Positions 44,672 through 59,025 of a DNA stretch of 64,000 nucleotides are shown here, piece by piece. Within the stretch, counting starts at the first letter, position 1. Every line of letters begins with the position of its first letter. The DNA comes from the human T2T-CHM13v2.0 reference genome, Homo sapiens. Position numbers and translations under genes: made by a program. The notes below the pieces were generated by a model. The model was given only the letters and a program-made list of their open reading frames with translations. It was not told the origin of the DNA and did no database searches. The DNA lies in the NCBI RefSeq assembly GCF_009914755.1, contig NC_060941.1. One strand, written 5' to 3'.

Positions 44672-45235
44672 TTGATGATGATAATGGTGGTGGTGATGTT
44701 AGTGATGATGATGATGATGATGATGTTAATGGTGATGATGGTAGTGGTGATGGTGATAATTATGCTAATGATGGTGATGCTGATGATGATGATGGCGGTG
44801 GTAGTGGTGGTGATGATTCTAATGATGATGATGATGGAGATGATAATGGTGATGGTGGTAATGATGATGATGGTGGTGGTGATGACGGTGATGATGATGG
44901 TGGTGGTGATGATGGTGATGATGATGGAGATGATAATGGTGATGGTGGTAATGATGATGGTGGTGGTGATGATGGTGGTGTCAGTGATGATGGTGATGGT
45001 GATGATGATGGTGATGATAGTGATGATGGTGGGGGTGATGGTGGTCATGATGGTGGTGGCAGTGATGACGTTGATAATGACAGTGATGATGATGGCAGTG
45101 ATTATAATGTTAACAATGATGGTGATGATGGTGGTTATTATGGTGAGAATGATGGGGATGGTGGTGGCAATGATGGTGATGGTGGTGATGATAGTGATAA
45201 TGATGGTTGTGATAGTGATGAGGATGATTACCATC
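44672..45235. repeat. Long imperfect (GAT/GGT)n trinucleotide repeat, ~560 bp
   Basis: Directly visible; it produces the poly-M/V and poly-I/T ORFs in the track. Confidence 0.97.
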
Positions 45236-45338
45236 ATTATTATCTGAACACTGCAGGAAATGGGTTGAAGAGAAGTAGAAGCCGGGATACACAGGGTAGG
45301 GAAAAAGGGTTCACATCCTGGTCTCACAGGTCTTCTCT

Positions 45339-45948
45339 TTTTTTTTTTTAAATTATACTTTAAGTTTTAGGGTACATGTGCACAACGTGTGCAGGTTTGT
45401 TACATATGTATACATGTGCCATGTTGGTGTGCTGCACCCATTAACTCGTCATTTACATTAGGTATATCTCCTAATGCTATCCCTCCCCCCTCCCCCCACC
45501 CAACAACAGGCCCCAGTGTGTGATGTTCCCCTTCCTATGTCCATGTGTTCTCTTTGTTCAATTCCCACCTATGAGTGAGAACATGCGGTGTTTGGTTTTT
45601 TGTCCTTGTGATAGTTTGCTGAGAATGATTGTTTCCAGCTTCATCCATGTCCCTGCAAAGGACATGAACTCATCATTTTTTATGGCTACGTAGTATTCCA
45701 TGGTGTATATGTGCCACATTTTCTTAATCCAGTCTATCATTGTTGGACATTTGGGTTGGTTCCAAGTCTTCGCTATTGTGAATAGTGCCGCAATAAACAT
45801 ACATGTGCATGTGTCTTTATAGCAGCATGATTTATAATCCTTTGGGTATATACCCAGTAATGGGATGGCGGGTCAAATGGTATTTCTAGTTCTAGATCCC
45901 TAAGGAATCTCCACATTGACTTCCACAATGGTTGAACTAGTTTACAGT
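45339..45948 (-). mobile_element. Young L1PA, 5'-truncated
   Basis: Antisense L1 3'UTR and ORF2 end (MFIAALFTIAKTWNQPKCP...); perfect 17-bp TSD tctcacaggtcttctct at 45322-45338 and 45949-45965. Confidence 0.93.
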
Positions 45949-47512
45949 TCTCACAGGTCTTCTCTATGCCCTTCACTCCTTCTGAGCTGGACCAACCTCG
46001 AGCTATCTTATCAAGCTTAACAATGTACTAATCAATGAGGCAGTGCCCAACAGCCATTGTTGCCCCTGGATAGTAGATAGACACTGAATTTGCTTTATTT
46101 TGAAGCTGCTCAACACAAGGTCAGCAATGCATTCTCTAAGATCACTTAGTTCCTGTTTGTTTCTGGAATCAAATGAAATAAGTTTAACTGGGGGGTCCCT
46201 GATACTGTCACACTCTGATCTAGGAATATACCCATCAGAGACATTTCTCAAGAAAGTGGTCTGACAACAGCCCAGGCAAAATCTGAGCAGGTAACATTTG
46301 AAATCGAATACCCATCCAAGGAGAAAATTGCACCTAATTATTCACACGGCAATCCAGGCTGGCATATTGGTTCAGAAGCCACACCAGCTGCTGACAGTTC
46401 TCCACCACCCTCCCCTCTCCTCCTCTCCACTGCTTGTCCGTCTGTGCTCCTCTTCCCAGTAACTCCTACAGAAGCGATTATGCTGCTGGTCCACAGCATC
46501 TTTGTCAGTGGACATTCTCATGTCTCCATGAGACTGGTCAAGCAAAGTCACATAGCCACTTGGGAAAAACACCAGTGTGTCAATTCCAAAAAAAAAATTA
46601 CTCTGCTGTTTAAAAAATGTCTAAGATATTACTTACTTTTTTCTGGAATATCTTCTTTACTATTGCAATCAGCTGTCTATGCTTTGGGTTATCTGCGCCC
46701 GGGGACATGTGCCACGAGGACACAACCCAATGCCCTGTTCCCCTCCATGCCCTGTGGCCAGGCCTTCCTGGCACTTTCTTCTCTTCCCTGCATTACAAGC
46801 CCCAATAATGGGTTGGGCAGAGGCAGGAAGCAAGTAGAAGCAGAAGATCAGTCAGCAAAGACTTGGGGGCCCACCATAGCAGGGCTCCAAGTACTCCAGG
46901 CACCAAACAAATGCTCCAGTCTCAGAGCCGAGGGAGCTTCCCATGTAACACCCTTTAAAGAGAAGCTTAAAGTCTAATGGGAAAAAAACCCAGAAATGTT
47001 AAAATGTTTAAAAAGTGGTGAGTGGGTTGCACTTCCCGAAGGCAACAGACTTCAATCTGCCATTGCAGTGGGAAGCGTGGAGCGGGCCAGGGAGGATGTT
47101 AAATAGCACATGGCATTTGGGGCAAAGACTTGAAAAGAGAATGACCACAGGGGACCACAAAATGAGCCACTCTCCTAGAATAGAAGGGCCAAGGTAGAGG
47201 GGTGACGAGAAAAAGCCAAGATCCCAGTAGCATAGGGCTAGCCCATGACCTCCTTAAAGTATGTCACCTGCACAGAGACAGCATGGCCTTAATACTTCAC
47301 TGAGTGAGTCAGACACAAGGCCCTAGCCTGAGTGGGAGGATACAGGGACAGAACCCTCTGTGATCAGCAGCTTCCAGTCATGAGGGGAAAGATGTCATCC
47401 TCATGCAAGAAATGCAGCTCTTATGGTCAGACGGGCACACAAGGCTTGTGCAGATAACAAGGTTGACCACTGGACGTCAGGGCTGGCTTGCAATATATAG
47501 AAGTAAACCCTA

Positions 47513-47834
<322 letters not shown>

Positions 47835-48061
47835 TTATCCAAATGATAAGGCAGAAAATAAGTTCCATCAAAGATGTGCAATTGCAAGGACCATAGAGGC
47901 TGGAAAAAGACAGTAAAACCATCTGGCTGAGGGGCAATTGTGGGCCATGAAACTGGGATGGGGCAGCGTGGCCCAGTGGCAAGAACAGTTCACTGACTTT
48001 CAGGTAGGTGCCCTGAGAGTGACAGCAGAGGGTGCCAGGCATGGCTGGTGTCATGTAGCCC

Positions 48062-48405
48062 CACGCTATTCAAACTGTGAGCCAACAGCACCAGCATCCC
48101 CTGGGAGCTTGTTAGAAATGCAGAGTCTCAGGCCCCACCCCAGACCTGCTGAAACAGAATCTTCATGTTAACACACCCTCCAGTGATTACTACGCACAAT
48201 AAAATCGGGGACTGTGCCGCTCTGGCACAGTCATCTCAACCCTGGCTGCACATTAGAATGGCCTGGGTAATTCTACAAAATAGTAATGCACAGTGTCCAC
48301 CCCGAAAAGATGTTGATTTAATTCCTGCGGAATAGGACCAGTGTATCGGTACTTTCTAAAAACTTTCCACATGGTTCACACGTTCAGCAAATTTTGAGAA
48401 CCAGA
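48062..48405. mobile_element. Adjacent MER5A/MER5B-like fossils
   Basis: gagcttgttagaaatgcagagtctcaggccccacccagacctgctgaa; ctcaaccctggctgcacattagaat...ttgagaacc. Confidence 0.65.
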
Positions 48406-48594
48406 GCTGAGAGAGAGACTGAAAAATGAGGAAAACACCGCTGAGGACTGTAGAGTTTGGGTTCACATCAAGACCCCCAAGACTGAGGCCAGTTTGTCCC
48501 AGCCAGTGCTCTGCAGGGGCAAAGCCTCTCCAGGCCCGGTGGGGCAGAAGGAAGTGGGGGACCCAGGCTCATCTGAGAGAGGGAGAGAGGGGAA

Positions 48595-48786
48595 CCTCTG
48601 GCCTTTTCCAGGACCCAGACTTTGTGAAGGCTTCCTGGACCCTGATCATTGTTAAGTCCCAGTGATTTGCTCTGCAGACTCAGTTGCTGCTAAATCCCAT
48701 CCTGTACAAACCAGGCTAACCAAAATTTCTATGAGCACCGATGCTCCGAAGTTATCTACATCTTTGAGTCTGTTCAACACCCTCCC
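48595..48786. repeat. Unassigned ~190-bp element, copy 1 (flanked by 14-bp direct repeats)
   Basis: About 88% identical (hand alignment, 24 differences in 193 columns) to 50448-50640. Confidence 0.9.
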
Positions 48787-49105
48787 GTCTGAGAGAGGGA
48801 GGTCAGTATGCAGCTATGAATGGGGCCATGTGGGCAGAGGTAGGGATGAGTAGAAATGTAAGAATTGACTGGACTGCAGTGGTTCTCAAATTTCAGCGTG
48901 CATCAGAATCACCCGGAGGGCCTGTTCCGACGCACCTCATTGGACCCCATTCCCAGAATTTCTGATTTGATTTATCTTGGAGGTAGAGCTAAGAATTTGC
49001 ATGGGAATTGGTTTGGACCCAAGGACACGTGGTGTGGGATGGAGGTTAAGTGCCTTATGTCTTCTCAGCCTCAGAGTCCTCACTGGTAAAATGTTAGGTC
49101 TAGAT

Positions 49106-49656
<551 letters not shown>

Positions 49657-50447
49657 ATTATTTGTCTTTTTAATGGGTGGCAAAACTGTCTTTTCTTATT
49701 TTGTGGAAAGTATGCCTCTAAATTATAACAAACATGATAGTTTTCAAAGTAAAACAAATTGCTCTGAAAACGTATATGCTTGATGAGAAACTGGTCTGTG
49801 GCTGGCACAGCACTCCTTCTGGTACAAGAGCCTTTGGGGGAAGTAGCTAAAAGCATGTGCTTCGGCACCAGATTGCCTGGCTTTTAAGCTTGAGCTGCTC
49901 CACTTACCAACTGTGGGGTTTCAGGCAAGTTTCTTTTTTTTTCTTTTAACTTTTTATTTTGAACCAATTTTAGATTTATAGAAAAGTTGTAAAAATAGCA
50001 TCGAATTTCTACATATCTCACTTTTAGCCTCCCCTTAATGCTAACATCTTACATAAACATAGGACAGTTTCTTAACTGCCTTCTGCCTCAGTTTCTTCAT
50101 CGGTAAAATGAAGATCTGAGACTACCTATCTTAGACAACTGTTAAAAGCCTGGGATGGAATAATTCACAGAAAATACTCAGGATCGTCCCTCGTACATAT
50201 TAAGTGCTCAAAAATGTCAGTTATTATTTTTTGTTATTCACTGTGGCTTTAAGATCTTCAGAAAACGATGCATTTTCGATAGAGAAACAGATCCCAATGG
50301 GTGAGATGTGCCTGGCAGCCTTAGCTATCAGTTGCCAAACGACCTGTGTGTGTACTTCCGTCTGGCTGGGCTTGCATTTAATCCATACATCCCTAGTTCA
50401 CCTGCTTCTCCACTTCCCCCTCCCTGCCTCCAAGCATCCTGAAAGAC

Positions 50448-50640
50448 CCTCTGGCCTTTCCCAGGACCTGGACGTTATCAAGGCCTCTTGGACCCTGATC
50501 ATTGTTATGTTCCAGTGATTTGCTCTGCGGACCGCAGTTGCTGCTAAAGCCTGTCCTGTACAAGCCAGCCTAACCAAAATTTCTATGAGCACCGATGCTC
50601 CAACATTAACTGCATCTTTGAGTCTGTTCAACACTCTCCC
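50448..50640. repeat. Unassigned ~190-bp element, copy 2 (probable source)
   Basis: Direct-orientation paralog of 48595-48786; no flanking direct repeat seen. Confidence 0.9.
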
Positions 50641-52281
50641 TCAAGAGCCCCTCTACAGAATTTTACACAAAAGCACAGATGCCTCCAATCCAAAAGTGCA
50701 TCATAAATTCTTGCTGAGCGTGAGGTTTCTGGGCTTCGGTGTTTCGAGAGAGAATGCTGAGTCAGAATGAACAGCAGAAAAGGTCCCAGGCTCGTGCCTT
50801 AGTCTTCGCCCAAAGGTAGCAGAGCAACTTATAAACGCTAATTAAACTTGCTTTCCCACTCCCTAATAAGGCGAGTGCTCTGTATATTTTATGGATGGGA
50901 AGACTGGGGACAAAGGAGAGAACCAGCCTTTGCCAGTCACGTAACTTGCAGGGTGATGAAGGCTGCAAGAGGCTCCATGGCAGAGCTGGGCTGGGCTGTG
51001 AGCCCCACGCAAACCAGCAGAGCTTGATCTGTTTGGCCAGCGTCCTGGCTGCTGAAGCCTGCTTCTGCCAGGATGGCATTGATATTCTGCACGTAGAAAA
51101 GAAGTCTCAGTTTCAAACTAATTGCTGTGAGCTCAAACGCATACAGTCATTAGCGCTTCACTCTGGGAAGGGAGCTGAATCCTAATTGTAGAACTGTCAT
51201 GCATCCAGGCAAACTGTGTACTCTGGAGACAGCCGTGCCCAGTGGTAGATGGTCCAGCTGCCCCCCACCCACCCCTCCCACCGTTTCACACACACAACCC
51301 TACAGCCCCATTTCCACAGAACTAGGCTACCCTTTGCTCTTCTAGCACCCTGGACTTAGCCGACCTGCTGAGGCTCATTCAAAACCTTGCACCGGCCCCA
51401 GCTTTTGGGTTTTGCTTCCGAGAACCTGAGAGGCTGGAAATTCCCAAAGACCTTCTGGGGCCGGGCTGGACAAGGCTGTGGGCTAGCCTGAAAGTGTGTC
51501 CCTTTCATCTTTTCTCTGTTGCTGATCATTTTTGCTTATGCATTTCCAAGCACCAGGTGTGACAATAAATGGTTGAATTTCACTTCTGCCTCTCCTCCCA
51601 CTGCTAGAGAGTAATCTAGAACATATATCTGACTGGGCCAAGCTTCAGGATAAATCCTCCTCTGACTCCAGTCTACATTTAAGAGAAAGTCTGATTTTCT
51701 AAAGAAAAAAGCACTAACAGCCCTCTGTGTCTGACCCAGCCTACCTTTGCTCCATCTGTAAAGGGTCACCTGTTCTGGAGGTATAGTCTGGGGGATGGCT
51801 ATGAGGAGTTAAACCAAGACAGGGACCACAGTTGCGATGAGGATGGTCACATGGGTATCCCTCATGTTAGCTGGTATTTCTAAGCAATTTTCTTTAGGCT
51901 ATGTACTTCACAGACTTTATTTCATTTACTTAGAACAAGCTCAGCAGGTAACTATGGCATCCTCACCATCACACAATACCTGAAAGCACAGGCTGCAGGA
52001 TCCATTTGCCTGGATTCAAATCCTGATGCCCCAATTAGTAGCTGTGTGGCTTTGGGCAAGTGTTTCCATCTCACCATGCTTCTGTTTTATCAGAGATGGG
52101 GATGATGTAATTGAAGTGCCCCCCTCCAAGCATGGTGAAGCTCAAATGAGTTAATACATGAGAAGTGGTCAGAACTGTGTCCGGCCAGTGGTCAGCCCTA
52201 ATACACTTCAGCCATTACTACAGAGAGAACCCACATTCAGGGAGTTAAACACCTGTTTGCTGTTCCCTCCCATGCTCTTAG

Positions 52282-52615
<334 letters not shown>

Positions 52616-52818
52616 AGCAGTGGCCAGATTTCTTTTAGACATGCAACCAGGGCCTGTCAGTAAAGGGTCTGGGGTGTGGTCATCATGCCTGTCTTTCAGT
52701 GAAAGGGTCCACAGGACAGTTCTTCGTGCTGTGTGTGACTACAGGGTTCCAGCTTTAGTTATGATCCCTCCACTAAAAGGCAATTGAGGAATTTCTCGCT
52801 GATTGATTGGTTCACCAG

Positions 52819-52976
52819 GTAAAAAGCATTCAAGATGCGATTAGAGATAAGAAGCAGTGGTTCAGCTTCCTTGGGGAGGAGATCAGCCTGAATCCTTCTG
52901 TCGGTATCTTCATCACCATGAACCCAGGCTATGCTGGCCGCACAGAGCTGCCAGAGAATCTCAAGTCTCTCTTCAG
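52819..52976 (+). CDS. DNAH9: DNAH9 coding exon (158 nt; AAA1 sensor I)
   Basis: ttcaccag|GTA ... TTCAG|gtgagt. Encodes [52 protein letters not shown](R). Confidence 0.96.
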
Positions 52977-54221
52977 GTGAGTGTCAGTTCTGCCCCATGC
53001 AAAAGCCCCAAAAGAGAAGTTTCTTTCATTTTTCCACTTAAAATGTGTGACATATATTTTAAAGAAAATTTGGAACATTTGGAAAAGTAGATTTGTAACA
53101 ACCTTCTTTAATGTCTTTAATGCAGTAAAATTGCTTTTTGCTTAATTGTGTTCTGTTCTCCTCTGTATATACATTTTAAATCCATACGTTGGTAGCCTGC
53201 ATTTGCGGTCTACATAGTTTCGTGTTGTTTTTATTTCGTAGTCTCTCATAATCATATCCTAAATATTTTCTTCTATTAGATATTCTTGATAAATCTCATT
53301 TCATGGCTGCATACTTTTTTATCAAGTGCATGGTTTACAATGTAATTAACTACTCCCCCATGGTTAAATATTAAGACTTTCTAACATTTAAAATAAATTT
53401 ATGCATAATGCTGTAATGTACATCTTTGCATATAAATCTTTTTTTTCCGTATGTATGATTATTTTCCTTGGCTAGCTTCCCAGAAGTGGAATTACTGTGT
53501 TAATAGGTAGAAACATTTTTAAGGCTCTTGATACACATTGCCAAATTGCTTTCTAAAAAGAGTATTACCAAATTACACTCCTCGTAGCGACGCATGAGAG
53601 CACCTCTTTTATTTCACCCTTGCTACCGGTGGACATTGCCATATTTTAAACTCTTCTTTATTTTGATAAGAAAACACAAATACATTTCATCGAAGTAGCT
53701 GGAGGCTGCATTCTTTTTCCAGAAAAGAAAAGTTGGCCCAACAAAGAGAAAACTGAAGAATGCTTCATGGCTTCTGATCTTCTGGTTACTGAACTTTTAC
53801 CTAAGTGAGATAGACTGTGGGGTGCTATGACAAAACTGTTTTGTCTCATTTTTGGACTCATAAACACAGTGCTGTCTGTCCGGAGAGGTTGTCAACACTT
53901 TACTGGATTTCCAGAGGCATAGGAGATCGCTGGGCAGCTCCCTGAGTGCTTCACTCTCTCAGTCATGGCAAATTCCCGTGTCGCTGGGGTGACGGGGCCT
54001 TCTCCTTCTTCAGCCAGGTCCCTGTGTTAAGCAAGAGCTGCTGGAATGCCAACAAGCTGTCTAAACGGGTGCTACAGAAAACTGCATTGTTGACCATTTG
54101 TTTCTACAAAGTAATTATTAAATAAGCCTTGTGTTACAAATGATTATAGAAGTAGGTGATCACCCAGATAAGAATTCTTTCTTACCTTTTTTTCTTGCTG
54201 AATTTTTTTGCTGACTGGAAT

Positions 54222-54531
54222 TGTCTTTGCCAGTTCAGGGTGCCATAATAAAAATACTGCAGACTGGGCGGCCTAAACAGCAGACATTTATTTCTCACAG
54301 TTCTAGAGACTGAAAGTTCAAAAGCAGGGTGCCAGCACGGTCAGGCTCTGGTGAGGGCTCTCCTCCAGGTTGCAGGCGGCCACCTTCTTGCTGTATCCTC
54401 ACATGGAGGAAAGAGGACGAGCTAGCTCTCTGGGTAGCGCTCCACCCTCATGACCTAATGACCTTCCAAAGGCCCATCTCCAAATACCATCACATTGCAT
54501 TTTGGGGGCACACAACATTTAGTCCATAACA
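54222..54531 (-). mobile_element. MLT1A/B-like MaLR LTR
   Basis: gccataataaaaatactgcagactgggcggcctaaacagcagacatttatttctcacagttctaga...ctcatgacctaat...tagtccataaca. Confidence 0.75.
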
Positions 54532-55321
54532 CATACCCATAGAAGGAAATTTGGAAATAAACATATTTTTCAAAATAGTAAGTACAAACATCTACTTTTA
54601 CATTTAATTCTCTCAAAGGCCCTATGAGGTAGTACTAGTTTCTCCAGTGTTTAGTGAAGAAACAGATGCATTCAGCAAATTGCTCAGGGTAGTAACCCTA
54701 GTTACTAGGGTTAGCTAGTGAACCAACTAGTAAGCGGCAGAATGCTAGAGTTTGAACCCAGAGCCCCTATTCCTCCCCGCCCCCAGTCCTGTCATCCAGG
54801 AACAATCAGTGTAACCATTTGGCATTTTTTTTCCCAATACTGCAACAGTAGCGCATTTCTTTTTCAAAATTGGGATCAGACTATATATAGTTTAGTATCC
54901 TACTTTCATTAACTAATGTTTCTTTGTGTCATTATATAATTTACCTTTCACACCACTATTTTTCATGGCTGCATAGTGTTCTGTTGTACAAATGTATATT
55001 TACCCATATGTTCAGGTTGCAAAATAATTTTGAGAATTTAAGCAGCATTTGGTTGCTCCTTTGAATTTGAATACAATGTAAAATATTTCAAGAAAAAATG
55101 TGCTCGAATGAAATGTTTTTGAAAATTTCATATCAGTATAGGGAAAATGCAATTAAATAAATGTAACAACCTATTACATACCCAACAAATTAAAAAAATG
55201 TAAGTAATTTTAAAATCAGATGTTTTTAGTGCCAGAGGAAAAAAATACAACAAAGCCTTCTATAAATCCCTTTCTATATTATTGTATATGCCATTCTGTG
55301 TCAAGATAGGGTTAATAAGTA

Positions 55322-55400
55322 TTAGGTTGGTGCAAACATAATTGCAGTTTTGCTATCGAAAGTAATGGCACAAACCGCAATTATTTTTGCACCATCTTAA
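55322..55400. mobile_element. MADE1 mariner (Hsmar1-derived) MITE
   Basis: ttaggttggtgcaaa...taattgc...gtaatggca...accgcaatta.ttttgcacca.cttaa, an ~80-bp palindrome flanked by TA. Confidence 0.88.
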
Positions 55401-55703
55401 TACATATTTTAGACCTCATCATTAGAAATTTACATTTGTATTCAAACAAGTACAGGATACACCCTAGGTGTCTAGGCTTAGAGGAGACACACATTTGGAG
55501 AATGAAGAATAGGGGAACTCTCAGTTTCTTGAAAGTAATGGCAAAAACCACAGTTACTTTTGGACCCACTTAATACATACTTTAGGCCTCATCAAGAGAA
55601 ATTTACATTTGTGTTCAAATAAGTACAGGATAAGCCCTGGGTGTTTAGGATTAGAGGAGACACACATTTTGAGGATGAAGAATAGGGGAACTCTCAGTTT
55701 GTT
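55358..55703. repeat. 173-bp tandem duplication (2 copies)
   Basis: gaaagtaatggca at 55358 and 55531; aggggaactctcagttt at 55511 and 55684; constant 173-bp offset. Confidence 0.93.
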
Positions 55704-56115
55704 GTAGATACCCAGAGAAACTCAATTCCTTATTCTAAGCCTTGAATCTATTCTAGGCAATTTGCTTTACTAATTCATGCCTTGTGTAAGACACACTGAA
55801 CTCAAGTCACAAGACTTGAGTGGTAGCTCCAAGTCTGCCCCTGCCTGCTAACATTATCCAGCCCCTTAAGAAGGCGACTTCATTTCCTTTATCCTTAGCT
55901 AACTCATCTCTAAGTTGAAAGTCTTCATGCTAACTGCAGCAGCACATAGAATAAATTGAAAGTCTTAGATGAAATAATGGCTCAGGTCTTTCCATGAGTT
56001 TTTGCACTCACAGATGCCTCCATGTGTGATCTCGGCCAGTGCTTATTTTCTTGCAGTCTCCTCTTCAACACTGTACTTGGGAAACTGACTGGGCCTTCTG
56101 TCTTTCTATACTCAG

Positions 56116-56254
56116 GCCTTGTGCAATGGTGGTTCCAGACTTTGAATTGATCTGTGAAATCATGCTGGTGGCAGAAGGATTCATTGAAGCCCAGTCATTA
56201 GCCAGAAAGTTCATCACTCTTTACCAGTTGTGCAAAGAGCTTCTCTCCAAACAG
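56116..56254 (+). CDS. DNAH9: DNAH9 coding exon (139 nt)
   Basis: atactcag|G ... CAG|gtagga. Encodes [46 protein letters not shown]. Confidence 0.96.
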
Positions 56255-57707
56255 GTAGGATCTCTAGGGAGGCTGTACAACCAAGCACCGTGCAACAGCC
56301 CCAGCTCTGGAAAAGTTCTGGAACAAATGTATTAGGAAAACATACTCAAGCTTTCTCATAGAAAGTCACTGTACCCATAAGCATGTCGAAACCTCTGAAC
56401 ACTTCCATAATAATGATTTATGTTCACTTTTTTAGCTCTGCATTTTTCAAAATTAACCTCAAAACTCCATTTTGTAATAGAATACTTAGCAACACATCAC
56501 AGACACCAGCGTCCCATGAGAGACATTACAGTGGCCAATAAAAACCCCTGGAGGAAATGGTCTGTACCTGAAGGGGCATAGATGAGGAGGGTTAGGGAAG
56601 CAGGTTAGGTGTTAACCAGCTTTGAGCTTCTCATAGTTGCTTGGCGTTACCTGTAGCTTCCACCTAAGGCAGGAGGAAATTCACAGAAAAATTGCACCTT
56701 AGCAAAACATTACCTGCAAGGTTTCTGCCTTGAACGGAGAATTTCTTTTTGTCAAGGATAGATGACCAAGCTTCCCTGGGCTGTCCCCAATGAGCTTTGG
56801 GATTATCTTGTTTTGATCACCTTTACTGCCATAAAACAGGCTCTCTCAGCCACGTGGAGTCTGTCCAAGATGCAGAAAATCCTGTTTTCCTCATACTACT
56901 TTTCTCATTGTATCCCCTCTCTAGGTTCTTTCCCAACGTTGACTTCCACTTTTACGGCTTTATCCCAAACCTCTCTTCTGAGCTCTAAACCTGTACATTC
57001 AGTGATCTGTACCACAGCTCCCCCGAGTGTTTAAAAAGCTCCTCCAGCTCAGCATGTCTAAAGCTGATCTCCGTCAGCTCTAAGCCCAAGCTTCCTTCTC
57101 CTGTGTTCCCAGCCTCAGTATGCTGACCCCTCATTCACTCATTTGCTAACTCTAGGACCCTGGGAGTTACCCTGGACCATTTCCTCTTCCTTAGCCCTAT
57201 ATATAATTTTAAATGAACCCTTAATGATTCTATGTTCTGGATATTTCTCAGACAAGTCTCATTTCCTTTCCCTATTCATTGCTACCACTTGAGTTCCAAG
57301 CACCCATATCTTTTGCTTAAACTATTGCAACTGCCTTTCTACTAGTTTTTCCACCTCTCTTCTAATTCCTCAGATCTGTTCTTTAGCCACTTGCTAGAGT
57401 GATTATTTAAAAACGCTCCTCACTGGTCCCAAGATAGAGACCAATGTCCTTATCACTCTCTGCTAAATACTGCAGGGTGTTCTGTCTCCTCCTACCTCAA
57501 CAGCAGCGGCTCACAGCTCTCTCCCTGTCGTGTGATGCTCCATCTCCATTGATCTTTTCTGAGTTCCTTGAAATTGATTGTCTTCTCACCTGAGCCTGTG
57601 GACATCCTGTTCTCACTTGCCTTGACTGCACTTCTTTTTCGTCTGTGCCTGACTGAATTCTACTCCTTCAAGGTCTTCTTTAATACCATTTCCTTAGGGA
57701 AGTCTGA

Positions 57708-58068
<361 letters not shown>

Positions 58069-58737
58069 TCCTTGGTAGCATTTGTCATGGCTCTAATTAA
58101 GTAGCAATCTGCTACAAATCAAGTAGAGGAGCTTGGGCTTGAACAGAAGTCTGTCTGAGTTCAGACTCCGTGCTCTGTTCTGCCCACTACAGCTCCTTCC
58201 CACACCATGCTGCCACCTGAAGCCTAGTATCAGCAGTGTGGTCCACTCTCCCACAGACCCTACTAGCAGCACTGTGACCAGGGGGTTCATATTTGACAGA
58301 ACCCACTTTAAGGAGCTCTTCTTTAAACCTCTTTTCCCATAGAATGTGAAGGCCTCCAAGGTGGCACATGTAAGCTCAGCGTCTACCATCTCTAAGAGTT
58401 AACATGGCTCCCTCCTTGACAGCCCTTCCAATTCTACCTGCTGAGTGTGCAAGGAGTAGCCAGATAGGTTTGAAAATGGTTCTGTTTGATCTCTTTGACC
58501 CCCCACATCATTTGTATGTTCTGTGTCTGCCCTGCTGTCATCACAACTGGAAAAGTAGCAAGTGTTAGACCAGGAACTAAATTCTGGGATCATCATTTTC
58601 TAAGTCATCCCTTCCCACGTCTCTGTCCAGGCTTCAGAGGTGACCTAATGCTCATAGCATATCTATGATTCTGCAGACACTCACCCCAGCACATGGTGTT
58701 CTGTCTCTCTGTCACTTTGATCTAACACTGCCCACAG

Positions 58738-59025
58738 GATCACTACGACTGGGGCCTACGGGCCATCAAGTCCGTGCTGGTGGTGGCAGGATCCCTGAAG
58801 AGAGGAGACCCTGACCGGCCTGAGGACCAGGTCCTGATGCGCTCCTTGCGGGATTTCAACATCCCCAAGATTGTGACTGATGACATGCCCATCTTCATGG
58901 GCCTGATCGGGGACCTCTTTCCCGCCCTGGATGTCCCCCGGAGGAGAGACCCCAATTTCGAAGCTTTGGTTAGGAAGGCGATAGTGGATCTGAAGCTCCA
59001 GGCTGAGGACAACTTTGTGCTCAAG
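58738..59025 (+). CDS. DNAH9: DNAH9 coding exon (288 nt; AAA1 small domain / sensor II)
   Basis: cccacag|GAT ... AAG|gtacat. Encodes [62 protein letters not shown]...EDNFVLK. Confidence 0.96.

Noticed and set aside
46444-46977. 177-aa ORF in unique intronic sequence
   Set aside because: Non-ATG start, no recognisable domain or splice structure; within what chance can give in 64 kb.
48595-48786. Duplicated element as an H/ACA or C/D snoRNA, or as a protein-coding exon
   Set aside because: Both copies have a terminal ACA, but no H box shared by both and no C box were found. Substitutions lack codon periodicity and an indel breaks frame equivalence.
51025-51070. Possible third, degenerate copy of the 190-bp element (gctgctgaagcctg versus gctgctaaagcctg)
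   Set aside because: Only about 60% over under 50 bp and does not extend.
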